This document shows positions 9,132 to 20,112 of a stretch of 64,000 nt of DNA, piece after piece. Positions within the stretch are counted from its first letter, which is position 1, and every line of letters begins with the position of its first letter. The stretch spans positions 33-64,032 of the forward strand of contig JBJEOZ010000239.1 in NCBI GenBank assembly GCA_051880975.1. The letters run 5' to 3'. The notes beneath the pieces are model-generated. The model made no database searches. It saw only the letters and a program-made list of their open reading frames with translations, and was not told the origin of the DNA. Both the position numbers and the translations under genes were made by a program. Origin of the DNA: Ruminococcus sp. (lineage in GTDB: Bacteria > Bacillota > Clostridia > Oscillospirales > Acutalibacteraceae).

Positions 9132-10637
9132 ATGCTAAATAATTACTATAAGAACTTTAAAAGCGGTACTGACATCAGGGGAGTTGCCTCTGAGGGTGTT
9201 GAGGGTCAAAGTGTCAACCTTACTGATGACACTGTAAAGGCTATGGCTTTTGGCTTTGTGCTGTGGCTTTCGGAAAAATCAAAGAAAAATGCAAGTGAGC
9301 TGACTATTTCTGTGGGTAGGGATTCCCGTATCAGCGGAGAAAGAATCGCATCCTGTGTTATTGACAGCTTTAAAAAGGCGGGAGTAAAGGTTATTTACAC
9401 CAACTTATCCTCCACACCGTCTATGTTTATGACCACTGTTGACCTTGGCTGTGACGGTGCTGTGCAAATCACCGCATCTCACCACCCATTTAACAGAAAC
9501 GGACTAAAGTTTTTCACACCACAGGGCGGTCTTGAGGGCTCTGATATTGAGTCTATCCTCCAGTATGCACAGGATAAAGCAAAACCAACTATAACCAATG
9601 AGGGTACTGTTGAAGAGGTTGACTATATGTCGAGGTACAGCAACCACCTTTGCGATATAATAAGAAAAGAGGTTAATTCAGAGGAAGATTACGAACACCC
9701 TCTAAAAGGATTTAAAATTGTTGTAGATGCCGGAAACGGTGTTGGCGGATTTTATGCCGAAAAGGTTTTAAAAGCTCTTGGTGCCGACACAGAGGGCTCT
9801 GTTTACCTTGACCCAGACGGTATGTTCCCTAACCACATACCTAACCCGGAGGACAAAACAGCTATGGAATCAATCTCAAAGGCTGTTCTTGACAGCAAGG
9901 CTGACCTTGGTGTAATCTTCGACACCGATGTTGACAGAGGCGGTGCTGTTGACTCCTACGGTAAAGAAATTAACAGAAACAGACTTGTCGCCCTTGCATC
10001 AGCTATTGCTCTTGAAGGTAAGGAAGGCGGTACAATAGTTACTGACTCCGTAACCTCATCAGGACTAAAGGAATTTATTGAGAAAGAGCTTGGCGGTAAG
10101 CATTACAGATACAGACGAGGCTACAAGAATGTTATTGACAAGGGAATTGAGCTAAACAATAAGGGAGAATACTGCCCGCTTGCCATTGAAACATCAGGTC
10201 ACGCAGCTATGAAAGAAAACTACTTCCTTGACGACGGCGCTTACCTCTGCACAAAAATCATCATCAAAATGGCACAGCTTAAAAAGGAAAACAAAACTAT
10301 TGATATGCTCCTTGAAAATCTGAAGGAGCCTGTTGAAAGCAAGGAAATCCGCTTTAAAATTACCGAAGAAGATTTCCGTGCCTGTGGCGAAAGAATTATT
10401 AACAGCCTTGAGGAATATGCAAACAAAGAGGAAAACTGGATTGTTGCCGACGACAACCGTGAGGGCATTAGAGTTTCCTTTGACAAAAACAACGGTGACG
10501 GTTGGCTACTCCTTAGACTTTCTGTTCACGACCCAATTATGCCACTTAATATAGAAAGTGACTCTGTGGGGGGTGTGGACAAGATTTACAGTCAGTTCAG
10601 CGAGTTTTTAAAGACAACACAGGGACTGGACTACTAA
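9132..10637 (+). CDS. phosphomannomutase/phosphoglucomutase
   Basis: SGTDIRG, TASHHP phosphoserine loop, DTDVDR metal loop, ETSGH. Confidence 0.92.
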   Translation: MLNNYYKNFKSGTDIRGVASEGVEGQSVNLTDDTVKAMAFGFVLWLSEKSKKNASELTISVGRDSRISGERIASCVIDSFKKAGVKVIYTNLSSTPSMFMTTVDLGCDGAVQITASHHPFNRNGLKFFTPQGGLEGSDIESILQYAQDKAKPTITNEGTVEEVDYMSRYSNHLCDIIRKEVNSEEDYEHPLKGFKIVVDAGNGVGGFYAEKVLKALGADTEGSVYLDPDGMFPNHIPNPEDKTAMESISKAVLDSKADLGVIFDTDVDRGGAVDSYGKEINRNRLVALASAIALEGKEGGTIVTDSVTSSGLKEFIEKELGGKHYRYRRGYKNVIDKGIELNNKGEYCPLAIETSGHAAMKENYFLDDGAYLCTKIIIKMAQLKKENKTIDMLLENLKEPVESKEIRFKITEEDFRACGERIINSLEEYANKEENWIVADDNREGIRVSFDKNNGDGWLLLRLSVHDPIMPLNIESDSVGGVDKIYSQFSEFLKTTQGLDY

Positions 10638-10736
10638 AGAATTTGAAAAAGATAGGTTTATATTTGGAAAATTAGGGAAAAAAATAATACTAATTTTCTA
10701 AAATAAATTCCTTAAAAAGCCCATAAATAAGCCAAT

Positions 10737-10801
10737 GCAACCCATAGTTGCGGAATTGCAAACTAAAGTTTATGGTGCAACCGAGGGGCAAAATGTATAA
10801 T
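10737..10801 (+). promoter_or_regulatory. putative XRE operator repeats and -10 box
   Basis: GCAAC-n5-GTTGC at 10737-10751, degenerate copy at 10758-10772, half-site at 10777, TATAAT at 10796-10801. Confidence 0.45.
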
Positions 10802-10847
10802 AAACCCATCTTAGAGAAAGGACCCCACACGGGGGAGGGTAATTATT

Positions 10848-12596
10848 GTGAACATTGAAACTGCAAACAAACTATTACAGTATAGAAAGGCAAGCGGTCT
10901 TAGCCAAGAGGAGCTTGCGGAAAAAATCGGTGTAAGCCGTCAGGCTGTCAGCAAGTGGGAAAGAGCCGAGGCATCCCCTGACACAGACAACCTAATATTA
11001 TTGGCAAAGATTTACGGTGTCACCCTTGACGAGCTTTTAATGGGCGACCCGGCAACAACATTAAATAAGGAAAAAGAAAAAGAGGACAATTCCCAAAACA
11101 GTACTCCTGATGATAACAATGAAGAAAGCAATAATCAACAGGAAAAACAAAAGGCCGGTGTTTCCTTTAAAAACGGAATACATATTCACGACGGTGAGGA
11201 CAAGGTTGACATCAGCTTTAAGGACGGTATCCATGTTGAAAGCAAGGACGGTTCAAAGGTTTCTGTTGACAAGGACGGAGTGAATGTTGTGGACGAGGAG
11301 GGAAATGTTAAGGCATTTACCGACGAACACGGTCACATTCACCACGACTGCGTGGAATCCCCTGCACACCGAAAAGCAAAGCTTTTCCCATTTTGGGCAG
11401 TTGCATTAGCAGGATTTTTCGCCTTTGGCTTTATAAACATTTTCGGCGGTTGGGCAACAAGCTGGTTATGGTTTTTGACAATTCCTATGTACTACACAGC
11501 TGTTGACGCAATTTTCAAGAAGAAAATAAGCCACTTTGCCTACCCTGTTCTTGTTGTATGGCTGTTCTGCTTTTTGGGTATGACCTGCGGACTGTGGCAT
11601 CCATTGTGGCTGTTATTCCTCACAATTCCTCTTTACTACTACATTGCAGGAATGATTGACAAGAAACAGGAAAAAGTTGAGGAAAATTTTACTCAGGACG
11701 GTTATGATGTAACTGTTACAGACAAACCAAAAGGTCGCAGAACCTCTACTATTGTATTATTCATCATATGTGCTGTTATTATTGTAACCGGAGCAACTGC
11801 AGGTCTTGCTATTTTGTTTAGCGACACCGAAACAATTTCAAAAACCTATCAGCTTGATGATAATTATACAGACAACATCCGCCTTGATAACGCAAGCGGA
11901 GATGTCACCTTCCACACAGGCGCAGTATACAGCTACATTGAATACACCCACACCTACCGAGGCTTATTTGCCGGAAACAAAAGCAAAGACCTGACCATTG
12001 AGCAAAAAAATGATACTACTGAAATCAACCACGACAACTGGTTTTTCCAGCTGGGTTATTCACAGGAGAAAATCGACATTTACCTGGCAGAAAAGGACTA
12101 TGAATCCCTGTATATCGACACAGCAAGCGGAAGTATAGACCTGGGCAACCTTGTATGCGACAGCATTGAGATTGATTCCTCCAGCGGTACTATAACAGGA
12201 AGAAAGCTAACTGCTGATGCCATTGTAGTCGATTCCGCATCAGGAGATATCTATTTGGACGGCAACTTCAAAACAGCCGGATTTGATGTTTCCAGCGGAG
12301 ATATCCAGTTTAAAAACAGTATTATGCCGGAAAAAATAGACATAGACAGTAGCTCAGGTGATATTGAAATATATCTCCCCTACTATGAAGATGACGAGAA
12401 AGCCAACGAAGAAGCTGGTTTTACAGTCAACTATTCCAAAGCGTCAGGCGACATAACCTCAGAGTTCCCTCTTCAAGGCGCATTTGATTCTATGGACGGC
12501 AAGGCTGTTTACGGAAACGGTAAATCAGAAATCACCGTTGACATCGCATCAGGTGATGTTGAAATTAAAAAGCAAAAAATTGAACAGAATAGCTAA
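10848..12596 (+). CDS. XRE-family HTH regulator fused to transmembrane segments and a DUF4097-like beta domain
   Basis: LSQEELAEKIGVSRQAVSKWE HTH; repeated W..W.FLTIP.YY hydrophobic segments; C-terminal (S/A)SGDI repeats. Confidence 0.85.
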   Translation: MNIETANKLLQYRKASGLSQEELAEKIGVSRQAVSKWERAEASPDTDNLILLAKIYGVTLDELLMGDPATTLNKEKEKEDNSQNSTPDDNNEESNNQQEKQKAGVSFKNGIHIHDGEDKVDISFKDGIHVESKDGSKVSVDKDGVNVVDEEGNVKAFTDEHGHIHHDCVESPAHRKAKLFPFWAVALAGFFAFGFINIFGGWATSWLWFLTIPMYYTAVDAIFKKKISHFAYPVLVVWLFCFLGMTCGLWHPLWLLFLTIPLYYYIAGMIDKKQEKVEENFTQDGYDVTVTDKPKGRRTSTIVLFIICAVIIVTGATAGLAILFSDTETISKTYQLDDNYTDNIRLDNASGDVTFHTGAVYSYIEYTHTYRGLFAGNKSKDLTIEQKNDTTEINHDNWFFQLGYSQEKIDIYLAEKDYESLYIDTASGSIDLGNLVCDSIEIDSSSGTITGRKLTADAIVVDSASGDIYLDGNFKTAGFDVSSGDIQFKNSIMPEKIDIDSSSGDIEIYLPYYEDDEKANEEAGFTVNYSKASGDITSEFPLQGAFDSMDGKAVYGNGKSEITVDIASGDVEIKKQKIEQNS

Positions 12597-12600
12597 AGTA

Positions 12601-12624
12601 AAAGCTCGGCAAACGCCGAGCTTT
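12601..12624. terminator. bidirectional intrinsic terminator
   Basis: AAAGCTCGGC-aaac-GCCGAGCTTT. Confidence 0.8.
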
Positions 12625-12640
12625 CTTGCTATAATTGAAA

Positions 12641-15136
12641 TTACATTTTAAATTTTGTCTTGTACCACTTGTTAGCATATTTTTTGCCTGATACCTTGGT
12701 GTATGCATTGATCCTTACATAGTAGGTTTTGCCCTTTTTAAGCTTTGTGAGGGTAGCTGACTTTTTACTGCATTTCACAGTCTTTGCACCCTTGAAACTT
12801 TTGTTTGTGGCATACTGTACTGTGTAACCACTTGCACCGGCGAGGGCTTTCCAAGTGATTTTGGCTTTTGTTTTGCCTATCTTTTTTATCTTTGACACAT
12901 CCTTTGATGTAAAACACCTTGGTGCAGATATTATTTTTGTCCTAAATTCACTTGAATAGTAACCTCTGTTTTCAATAGCCTTAACTGTGATGTAAGCATA
13001 TCCGCCTTTCTTAACAATAATTTCACCCGTTGAGTATACAACTGCAACATCTTTATTACTGCTTGTGTAGGTCAGCCTTGACTTTGCCATTGGATGAACG
13101 GTAAAGCTGGAATTTGCTGTTTTAATATACTGCCCTCTGACATTTGTTATTTCTTGCGTCCCCTTACTCACTGTTACTTTCATTGTTGCAAAGGCAAAAT
13201 TATACTCCTTGGTTTCCTTTGCTCCTATTATAATTGTTGCAGTACCGGCACCTGTTGTTTTTACAATGCCGTTTCGGGAAATTTCCACCACATCCCGGTC
13301 TAAGCTTACAAATGTGCGGGTTGTAGTTGCGCTGGCATAGAGAGTAAGAGGTTCATCCATTGTAATATAATAATCAGCCTTATCAATAATCACTTTTTGA
13401 TTTTTTCTTTCACCGTTTAAAATCACATAGCGCAAGTTATTCTTCTTTGCATACTCCTGTGCTTTTGAATTTCCGTTGCCGTATATGGTAAATCCTACAA
13501 CAGGTTTATCAACATTATCATAATAATGATGATAGTAACCAAAAGCCATATCACCAAATTCTGTTACATTATCAGGGATTGTAATACTTAATAGATTTTT
13601 GCAATTAAAAAATGCGCTATTTTCAATACTATTTACATTACTGCCTATTGTTACTGACAATAAGCCGGTACAACCACAGAATGCGTCGGATTCAATCCTT
13701 GTAACACTGTTTGGAATCTTTATTTCATATAATCCTGTACAACACATAAAAGCCTCACTTCCGATGCTTTCCACAGTGTCGGGGATTTCTATTCGGGTAA
13801 GATTTCTTTTATCACTTAAAAAATTATTTGCCAAGTGTTTTATACCGTATCTCAATTTAATAAATGTATTCCGGGGCATATCGCCTTTGTACCCTACAGC
13901 CCAATCATCTATATACACAACTCCGTCAGGCTGACTATTGAAATAACCGGTATAATAAAATGCATTTGAACCGATTTCTACTACACTATCCGGAATTGTA
14001 ATATCCATTAGACTTCTGCAATACTCAAAAGCATACATTCCAATATTCGTGACGCTGTTTGAAAATTTGACTTCCTTTAATCCTGGGCATTTTTCAAAGG
14101 CTTTATAGCATATTGACGTAACACTATCCGGCATTTTAATCCCCACAAGATTATTTTGTTCAAGGAAAGCAGATTCAGCAATTCCAACTACTCCATCCTT
14201 TAGTTCTATAATGGTCTTTTGGAGCATTGTACCTTTATAACCAATAACCCACTTATCTATATAGACAACTCCGTCAGGATGATTATTGTAACATCCGGTA
14301 TTAGTAAAAGCATCCTTTCCAATAGTATTCAGGTTGTCAGGTAGTGTAATAGAGGACAATCTTTTGCAATTTTCAAATGCATAGCCACCTATTTTTGTAA
14401 CATTGTTACCCAATTTTACTTTGGATAAACTTGTACAACCGGAAAAGGTACGCCATTCTATCTCTGTTACACCGTTACCTATTGTAACACCGGATAAGTT
14501 TTTACAATCACTAAATGCAGATGCACCAAGCTCTGTAACAGCATCGGAAATTATTATACTTTTTAAACTTGTACAATCTTGAAATGCACTCACACCTATG
14601 CTTACTACCCCATCAGGAATTATTATACTTTTTAAGCTTGTGCAATCTTGAAATGCACTCACACCTATGCTTACCACCCCATCAGGAATTACAATATTCG
14701 ATAAACATCTGCAATAACTAAAAGCACCGTCACCGATACTTGTCACACCGGAGGGTATAATTACATTGAGTAATTTACCACACAAATCAAATGCGTAATT
14801 ACCTATATTTGTAACACCCTTTTCAATAACAACTTTTTCGATACTATTGCCATATTTCTGCCATGGGGAAGAAACCTCTTCGGAATAGTCTTTCATCTCT
14901 CCGTTACCTGATATGGTTAGGGTTTTTGAAGTTGAGTTATATTTCCACACGCAGTCGCCTGTTGTACCTGATGTTTTTGATGATACACTCTTTGTATTAG
15001 CACTATCACCCACAGTTTTTATATCTTTGGTACTTCCCTCTGTATTAGTTTCCACTGCAAATACTGAAACCCCTGTAAGAGCAGAACAGATTATCAACAA
15101 GGTCAAAATAACACTTATAATTCTTGTTGCTTTCAT
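12641..15136 (-). CDS. BspA-type leucine-rich repeat surface protein with Ig-like and FN3-like C-terminal domains
   Basis: signal peptide MKATRII (GGAGG RBS); many IPxxVxxIGxxAFxxCxxL repeats; Lys-rich ITWK..GY.VQY..YYVRI tail. Confidence 0.9.
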   Translation of the reverse strand: MKATRIISVILTLLIICSALTGVSVFAVETNTEGSTKDIKTVGDSANTKSVSSKTSGTTGDCVWKYNSTSKTLTISGNGEMKDYSEEVSSPWQKYGNSIEKVVIEKGVTNIGNYAFDLCGKLLNVIIPSGVTSIGDGAFSYCRCLSNIVIPDGVVSIGVSAFQDCTSLKSIIIPDGVVSIGVSAFQDCTSLKSIIISDAVTELGASAFSDCKNLSGVTIGNGVTEIEWRTFSGCTSLSKVKLGNNVTKIGGYAFENCKRLSSITLPDNLNTIGKDAFTNTGCYNNHPDGVVYIDKWVIGYKGTMLQKTIIELKDGVVGIAESAFLEQNNLVGIKMPDSVTSICYKAFEKCPGLKEVKFSNSVTNIGMYAFEYCRSLMDITIPDSVVEIGSNAFYYTGYFNSQPDGVVYIDDWAVGYKGDMPRNTFIKLRYGIKHLANNFLSDKRNLTRIEIPDTVESIGSEAFMCCTGLYEIKIPNSVTRIESDAFCGCTGLLSVTIGSNVNSIENSAFFNCKNLLSITIPDNVTEFGDMAFGYYHHYYDNVDKPVVGFTIYGNGNSKAQEYAKKNNLRYVILNGERKNQKVIIDKADYYITMDEPLTLYASATTTRTFVSLDRDVVEISRNGIVKTTGAGTATIIIGAKETKEYNFAFATMKVTVSKGTQEITNVRGQYIKTANSSFTVHPMAKSRLTYTSSNKDVAVVYSTGEIIVKKGGYAYITVKAIENRGYYSSEFRTKIISAPRCFTSKDVSKIKKIGKTKAKITWKALAGASGYTVQYATNKSFKGAKTVKCSKKSATLTKLKKGKTYYVRINAYTKVSGKKYANKWYKTKFKM
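14549..14690. repeat. near-perfect 69-bp tandem duplication of one LRR unit
   Basis: IPDGVVSIGVSAFQDCTSLKSII encoded twice with only 3 silent differences. Confidence 0.9.
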
Positions 15137-15265
15137 TAAAATCCCTCCATAATTATTATAGTATAATCTGAATACAGGGAAATCTATCCCTTTCACTATA
15201 TACAACAATTAAAAACCGAAAAATGGGACAAAATTTTGAAATTTTATTGTTTTCGCTTAAAACGC

Positions 15266-15292
15266 AAAAATCCCCTGTCAAAAGACAGGGGA
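15266..15292 (-). terminator. intrinsic terminator after tuf
   Basis: TCCCCTGTC-aaaa-GACAGGGGA with a U-tract on the minus strand. Confidence 0.8.
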
Positions 15293-15327
15293 TAATTTAT
15301 GCAATAACTATAAATTATATCTTATAA

Positions 15328-16530
15328 TTATTCGTTGATAGCTGTAACAGCACCTGAACCAACTGTTCTACCGCCTTCACGGATAGCGAAACGAAGACCC
15401 TCTTCGATAGCGATAGGAGTGATAAGCTCAACAGCCATTTCAACGTTATCACCAGGCATACACATTTCTGTGCCCTCTGGAAGAGAAATTGTACCTGTAA
15501 CGTCTGTTGTTCTGAAGTAGAACTGTGGACGATAGTTGTTGAAGAATGGTGTATGACGGCCGCCTTCGTCCTTTGTAAGAACGTAAACCTGACCGCTGAA
15601 TGCCTTATGTGGCTTGATTGAGCCTGGCTTTGCAAGAACCTGACCTCTTTCGATTTCAGTTCTCTGAACACCTCTGAGAAGTGCACCTACGTTATCGCCG
15701 CACTCTGCATAGTCAAGTGACTTTCTGAACATTTCAAGACCTGTAACAACAACCTTACGGATATCGTCTGTAAGACCAACGATTTCAACTTCTTCGTTAA
15801 CGTTGATACGACCTCTTTCAACTCTACCTGTAGCAACTGTACCACGACCTGTGATTGTGAATACGTCTTCAACAGGCATAATGAATGGCTTGTCGGAATC
15901 TCTCTCAGGAGTTGGGATGAATTCGTCAACAGCAGCCATAAGCTCGTGGATGCACTGATACTCAGGAGCATTAGCATCAGTTGATGTGCTCTGAAGTGCA
16001 ACATAAGCAGAACCCTTGATGATTGGTGTGTCGTCGCCAGGGAACTCATACTCATTAAGAAGGTCACGAATTTCCATCTCTACGAGTTCGAGAAGCTCTT
16101 CGTCGTCAACCTGGTCAGTCTTGTTCATAAATACAACAATGTAAGGAACGCCAACCTGACGGGAAAGAAGGATGTGCTCTCTTGTCTGTGGCATAGGACC
16201 ATCAGCAGCAGAAACAACGAGGATAGCGCCGTCCATCTGAGCAGCACCAGTGATCATATTCTTAACATAGTCAGCATGGCCCGGGCAGTCAACGTGTGCA
16301 TAGTGACGGTTAGCTGTCTCATATTCAACGTGAGCTGTGTTGATTGTAATACCTCTTTCTCTCTCTTCAGGAGCCTTATCGATATTAGCGTAATCAACGA
16401 AATCTGCCTCACCGTTAAGGTTAAGAACCTTTGTGATAGCAGCTGTAAGTGTAGTCTTACCGTGGTCAACGTGACCGATAGTACCAATGTTTACATGTGG
16501 CTTATTTCTTTCAAACTTTTCTCTTGCCAT
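15328..16530 (-). CDS. tuf: elongation factor Tu
   Basis: [31 protein letters not shown]. Confidence 0.99.
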   Translation of the reverse strand: MAREKFERNKPHVNIGTIGHVDHGKTTLTAAITKVLNLNGEADFVDYANIDKAPEERERGITINTAHVEYETANRHYAHVDCPGHADYVKNMITGAAQMDGAILVVSAADGPMPQTREHILLSRQVGVPYIVVFMNKTDQVDDEELLELVEMEIRDLLNEYEFPGDDTPIIKGSAYVALQSTSTDANAPEYQCIHELMAAVDEFIPTPERDSDKPFIMPVEDVFTITGRGTVATGRVERGRINVNEEVEIVGLTDDIRKVVVTGLEMFRKSLDYAECGDNVGALLRGVQRTEIERGQVLAKPGSIKPHKAFSGQVYVLTKDEGGRHTPFFNNYRPQFYFRTTDVTGTISLPEGTEMCMPGDNVEMAVELITPIAIEEGLRFAIREGGRTVGSGAVTAINE

Positions 16531-16569
16531 TTTTATAATCCTCCTTAGATTAAAATCTTGGTTATTTTT

Positions 16570-16598
16570 ATTCTATCAATTTTTTTATAAAATTGCAA
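16570..16598 (-). promoter_or_regulatory. internal tuf promoter
   Basis: TTGCAA-17 bp-TAGAAT with TG extension. Confidence 0.55.
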
Positions 16599-16641
16599 TA
16601 GGTTTTACTGAATAATTCAGTATTTTAGGTGATTTACCTAA

Positions 16642-18723
16642 TTAGTCCTCAGTCTTTTTACGCTTTGACATAATTTCTTCGGCAATAGACTTTGGAACTT
16701 CCTGATATGTGTCAGGTTCCATTACATACTGACCACGGCCCTGTGTCTTGGAACGCATATCAGTAGCATAACCGAACATTTCAGAAAGTGGAACATGAGA
16801 GTTGATACGCTGTGCGTTACCAACAGCCTCCATACCCTGAATCTGACCACGACGTGAGTTAAGGTCGCCGATAACATCGCCCATATACTCCTCAGGTACA
16901 ATAACTGTAACCTTCATAAGTGGTTCAAGAAGAACAGGATCAGCCTTTCTCATAGCTTCCTTGAATGCCATAGAACCGGCAATCTTAAATGCCATTTCGG
17001 ATGAGTCAACTTCGTGGTAAGAACCATCGTAAAGCTCAACCTTACAGTCAACAACATTGTAGTTGGCAAGTACACCGGAGAGCATTGCGCCCTGGATACC
17101 TTGGTCAACAGCAGGGATGTATTCCTTAGGAATAGCACCACCAACAATGGAGTTAACAAACTCGTAGCCCTTGCCTGGGTTTGGTGAAACACGAATCTTA
17201 ACATGACCGTACTGACCTTTACCACCGGACTGACGAGCATATTTCATATCAACGTCGGCATCCTTACGGATTGTTTCTTTGTAAGCAACCTGTGGAGCAC
17301 CGATGTTAGCCTCTACCTTAAATTCACGGAGAAGTCTGTCAACGATAATTTCAAGGTGAAGCTCACCCATACCGGCAATGATTGTCTGACCGGTTTCGTC
17401 ATCTGTGTAAGCCTTGAATGTTGGGTCTTCTTCTGCAAGCTTTGCAAGAGCAATACCCATCTTTTCCTGACCTGCTTTTGTCTTAGGTTCAATAGCAACC
17501 CTGATAACAGGCTCTGGGAATTCCATAGACTCAAGGATGATTGGGTGCTTTTCGTCACAAAGTGTATCACCTGTTGTTGTGTTCTTAAGACCAACAGCAG
17601 CGGCAATATCACCGGAATAAACTGTGTCAATATCTTTTCTGTTGTTTGCGTGCATCTGAAGGATACGACCAAGTCTTTCGTTCTTATCCTTTGATGCATT
17701 GTAAACAGTTTGACCTGCGTTAACTACGCCGGAATAAACTCTGAAGAAGCAGAGCTTACCAACATATGGGTCAGTTGCAATCTTAAATGCAAGAGCTGCA
17801 AATGGCTCATCGTCGGAAGAATGTCTTTCGTCCTCTTCCTCTGTGTCCGGGTTGATACCCTTGATAGCAGGGATGTCAACCGGTGCAGGCATATAGTCAA
17901 CAATGGCGTCAAGCAAGAGCTGAACACCCTTGTTACGGTAAGAAGTACCGCAAGTAACAGGAACCATATCGTTAGCGATGGTTGCCTTACGAATAGTAGC
18001 TTTGATTTCCTCTACTGTAAGCTCTTCGCCCTCGAAATATTTTTCCATAAGAGCGTCGTCCTGCTCGGCAACAGCGTCAATGAGCTGTTCGTGATACTTT
18101 TCAGCAAGCTCCTTCATATCCTCAGGAATTTCTTCCTCTCTTACATCTTCGCCGAGGTCGTCATAGTAAACCTCTGCCTTCATTGTAACAAGGTCGATGA
18201 TTCCCTTAAACTCGTCCTCAGAGCCGATAGGAAGCTGAATTGGAACTGCGTTACAGCTGAGTCTTTCCTTCATCATTTCAACAACTCTGTAGAAGTCTGC
18301 ACCCATAATGTCCATCTTGTTGACATAAGCCATTCTTGGAACCTTATAGTTATCAGCCTGTCTCCAAACTGTTTCAGACTGTGGCTCAACGCCACCCTTA
18401 GCACAGAGAACTGTAACTGAACCGTCGAGAACACGGAGTGAACGCTCAACCTCAGCTGTAAAGTCAACGTGGCCAGGTGTGTCGATGATGTTGATACGAT
18501 GTTTCTTCCAGAAGCATGTTGTAGCAGCAGATGTGATTGTTACACCACGCTCCTGCTCCTGAACCATCCAGTCCATGGTAGCAGCGCCATCATGAGTTTC
18601 ACCAATCTTATGGTTAATACCTGTATAGTACAGAATTCTTTCAGTAGTAGTAGTTTTACCGGCGTCAATGTGAGCCATGATACCGATATTTCTTGTCATT
18701 TCAAGTGAGACCTGTCTAGCCAT
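16642..18723 (-). CDS. fusA: elongation factor G
   Basis: [30 protein letters not shown]. Confidence 0.99.
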   Translation of the reverse strand: MARQVSLEMTRNIGIMAHIDAGKTTTTERILYYTGINHKIGETHDGAATMDWMVQEQERGVTITSAATTCFWKKHRINIIDTPGHVDFTAEVERSLRVLDGSVTVLCAKGGVEPQSETVWRQADNYKVPRMAYVNKMDIMGADFYRVVEMMKERLSCNAVPIQLPIGSEDEFKGIIDLVTMKAEVYYDDLGEDVREEEIPEDMKELAEKYHEQLIDAVAEQDDALMEKYFEGEELTVEEIKATIRKATIANDMVPVTCGTSYRNKGVQLLLDAIVDYMPAPVDIPAIKGINPDTEEEDERHSSDDEPFAALAFKIATDPYVGKLCFFRVYSGVVNAGQTVYNASKDKNERLGRILQMHANNRKDIDTVYSGDIAAAVGLKNTTTGDTLCDEKHPIILESMEFPEPVIRVAIEPKTKAGQEKMGIALAKLAEEDPTFKAYTDDETGQTIIAGMGELHLEIIVDRLLREFKVEANIGAPQVAYKETIRKDADVDMKYARQSGGKGQYGHVKIRVSPNPGKGYEFVNSIVGGAIPKEYIPAVDQGIQGAMLSGVLANYNVVDCKVELYDGSYHEVDSSEMAFKIAGSMAFKEAMRKADPVLLEPLMKVTVIVPEEYMGDVIGDLNSRRGQIQGMEAVGNAQRINSHVPLSEMFGYATDMRSKTQGRGQYVMEPDTYQEVPKSIAEEIMSKRKKTED

Positions 18724-18768
18724 AATTATCCTCCTTTATTTAATATTTTTTGCTAAGCGACTTTTACA

Positions 18769-19239
18769 TTACCATCTGTAATGTGCGAAAGCCTTGTTAG
18801 CTTCTGCCATCTTGTGAGTATCTTCACGCTTCTTAAATGCACCGCCTGTGCTGTTGATGGCATCGAGGATTTCACCGGCAAGTCTTTCCTTCATTGTTCT
18901 TTCGGAACGATTTCTGGAATATGCTGTGATCCAGCGAAGACCGAGTGTCTGTCTTCTCTCCGGTCTAACTTCCATTGGAACCTGATAAGTAGCACCACCT
19001 ACACGGCGAGCCTTAACTTCGAGAACCGGCATAACATTTTCCATAGCGGCTTCAAAGGTTTCCAGTGGGTCTTTACCTGTCTTTTCCTGAATGATGTCAA
19101 ATGCACCGTAAACAATCTTCTGTGCAACACCCTTCTTACCGTCAAGCATAATGTTGTTGATTAGACGGGTAACTAACTTTGAATTATACATTGGGTCTGG
19201 CAAAACATCACGTTTTGCGATTGAGCCTCTTCTTGGCAC
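18769..19239 (-). CDS. rpsG: 30S ribosomal protein S7
   Basis: GTG start after GGAGG gives 156 aa: [22 protein letters not shown]. Confidence 0.98.
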   Translation of the reverse strand: MPRRGSIAKRDVLPDPMYNSKLVTRLINNIMLDGKKGVAQKIVYGAFDIIQEKTGKDPLETFEAAMENVMPVLEVKARRVGGATYQVPMEVRPERRQTLGLRWITAYSRNRSERTMKERLAGEILDAINSTGGAFKKREDTHKMAEANKAFAHYRW

Positions 19240-19394
19240 TTTACTTCCCTCCTTCACAATATTTGAGATATCATAGGTACTCGAAAGCGACAAACTCCCG
19301 TACTGCCAATACAGACTCTATACTATCTATAATATATATAAAGCTCTGCATATGCAGTAACTAATAAACTTTTTATGGGTTATTTGTCAATTCC

Positions 19395-19814
19395 TTATTT
19401 ACCTGCTTTTGGACGCTTTGCGCCATACTTTGAACGAGCCTGATTTCTGTTAGCAACGCCCTGAGCATCAAGTGTGCCACGAACGATATGGTAACGAACA
19501 CCAGGAAGGTCCTTTACACGGCCACCACGAATAAGAACAACTGAGTGCTCCTGAAGATTGTGACCTACGCCGGGGATATAGGAACTAACTTCAATACCGT
19601 TAGAAAGTCTTACTCTGGCAATCTTTCTCAGAGCTGAGTTAGGCTTCTTAGGTGTAGCAGTTGACACTTTGGTACATACGCCTCTCTTCTGTGGGGAAGC
19701 ATTGTTTGTAGCAACTCTCTTCTGTGAGTTCCAACCCTTTAAGAGAGCAGGTGCCTTTGCCTTCTTTTCAGTAACTTCTCTACCCTTGCGAACAAGCTGG
19801 TTAAATGTTGGCAT
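19395..19814 (-). CDS. rpsL: 30S ribosomal protein S12
   Basis: [19 protein letters not shown]. Confidence 0.99.
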   Translation of the reverse strand: MPTFNQLVRKGREVTEKKAKAPALLKGWNSQKRVATNNASPQKRGVCTKVSTATPKKPNSALRKIARVRLSNGIEVSSYIPGVGHNLQEHSVVLIRGGRVKDLPGVRYHIVRGTLDAQGVANRNQARSKYGAKRPKAGK

Positions 19815-19919
19815 TATTTTCCTCCTTCTTTAGTTATTTCGGTTTTACCGATATTCCCATGTGGGAAAGCAGGAAAGGTTGTCCAAACGGACGCAATTAT
19901 CCCATTCCACGCTTCTTCA

Positions 19920-19949
19920 AGTTTATCACAACTGTTACAACTTTGTCAA
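19920..19949 (-). promoter_or_regulatory. str operon promoter
   Basis: TTGACA-18 bp-TAAACT with TG extension. Confidence 0.6.
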
Positions 19950-20000
19950 CAATTATTTTTATAATTTTACAAGGATTTTACGGGATTTTTTCTATTTTTT

Positions 20001-20052
20001 TAGAAAAATACTGAATAAATCATTTATACAGATGGTGCAGTCAGATTTTTTG
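20001..20052. mobile_element. decayed left end of the MITE at 59000-59176
   Basis: 41 of 50 positions match 59000-59049 by manual alignment. Confidence 0.75.
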
Positions 20053-20061
20053 CCCATAGGC

Positions 20062-20096
20062 AAAAAAATCCGCCGGAATAATCCAACGGATTTTTT
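20062..20096 (-). terminator. terminator after rpoC
   Basis: AAAAAATCCG...CGGATTTTTT stem-loop. Confidence 0.7.
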
Positions 20097-20112
20097 ACTT
20101 ATATTCGGTTTA

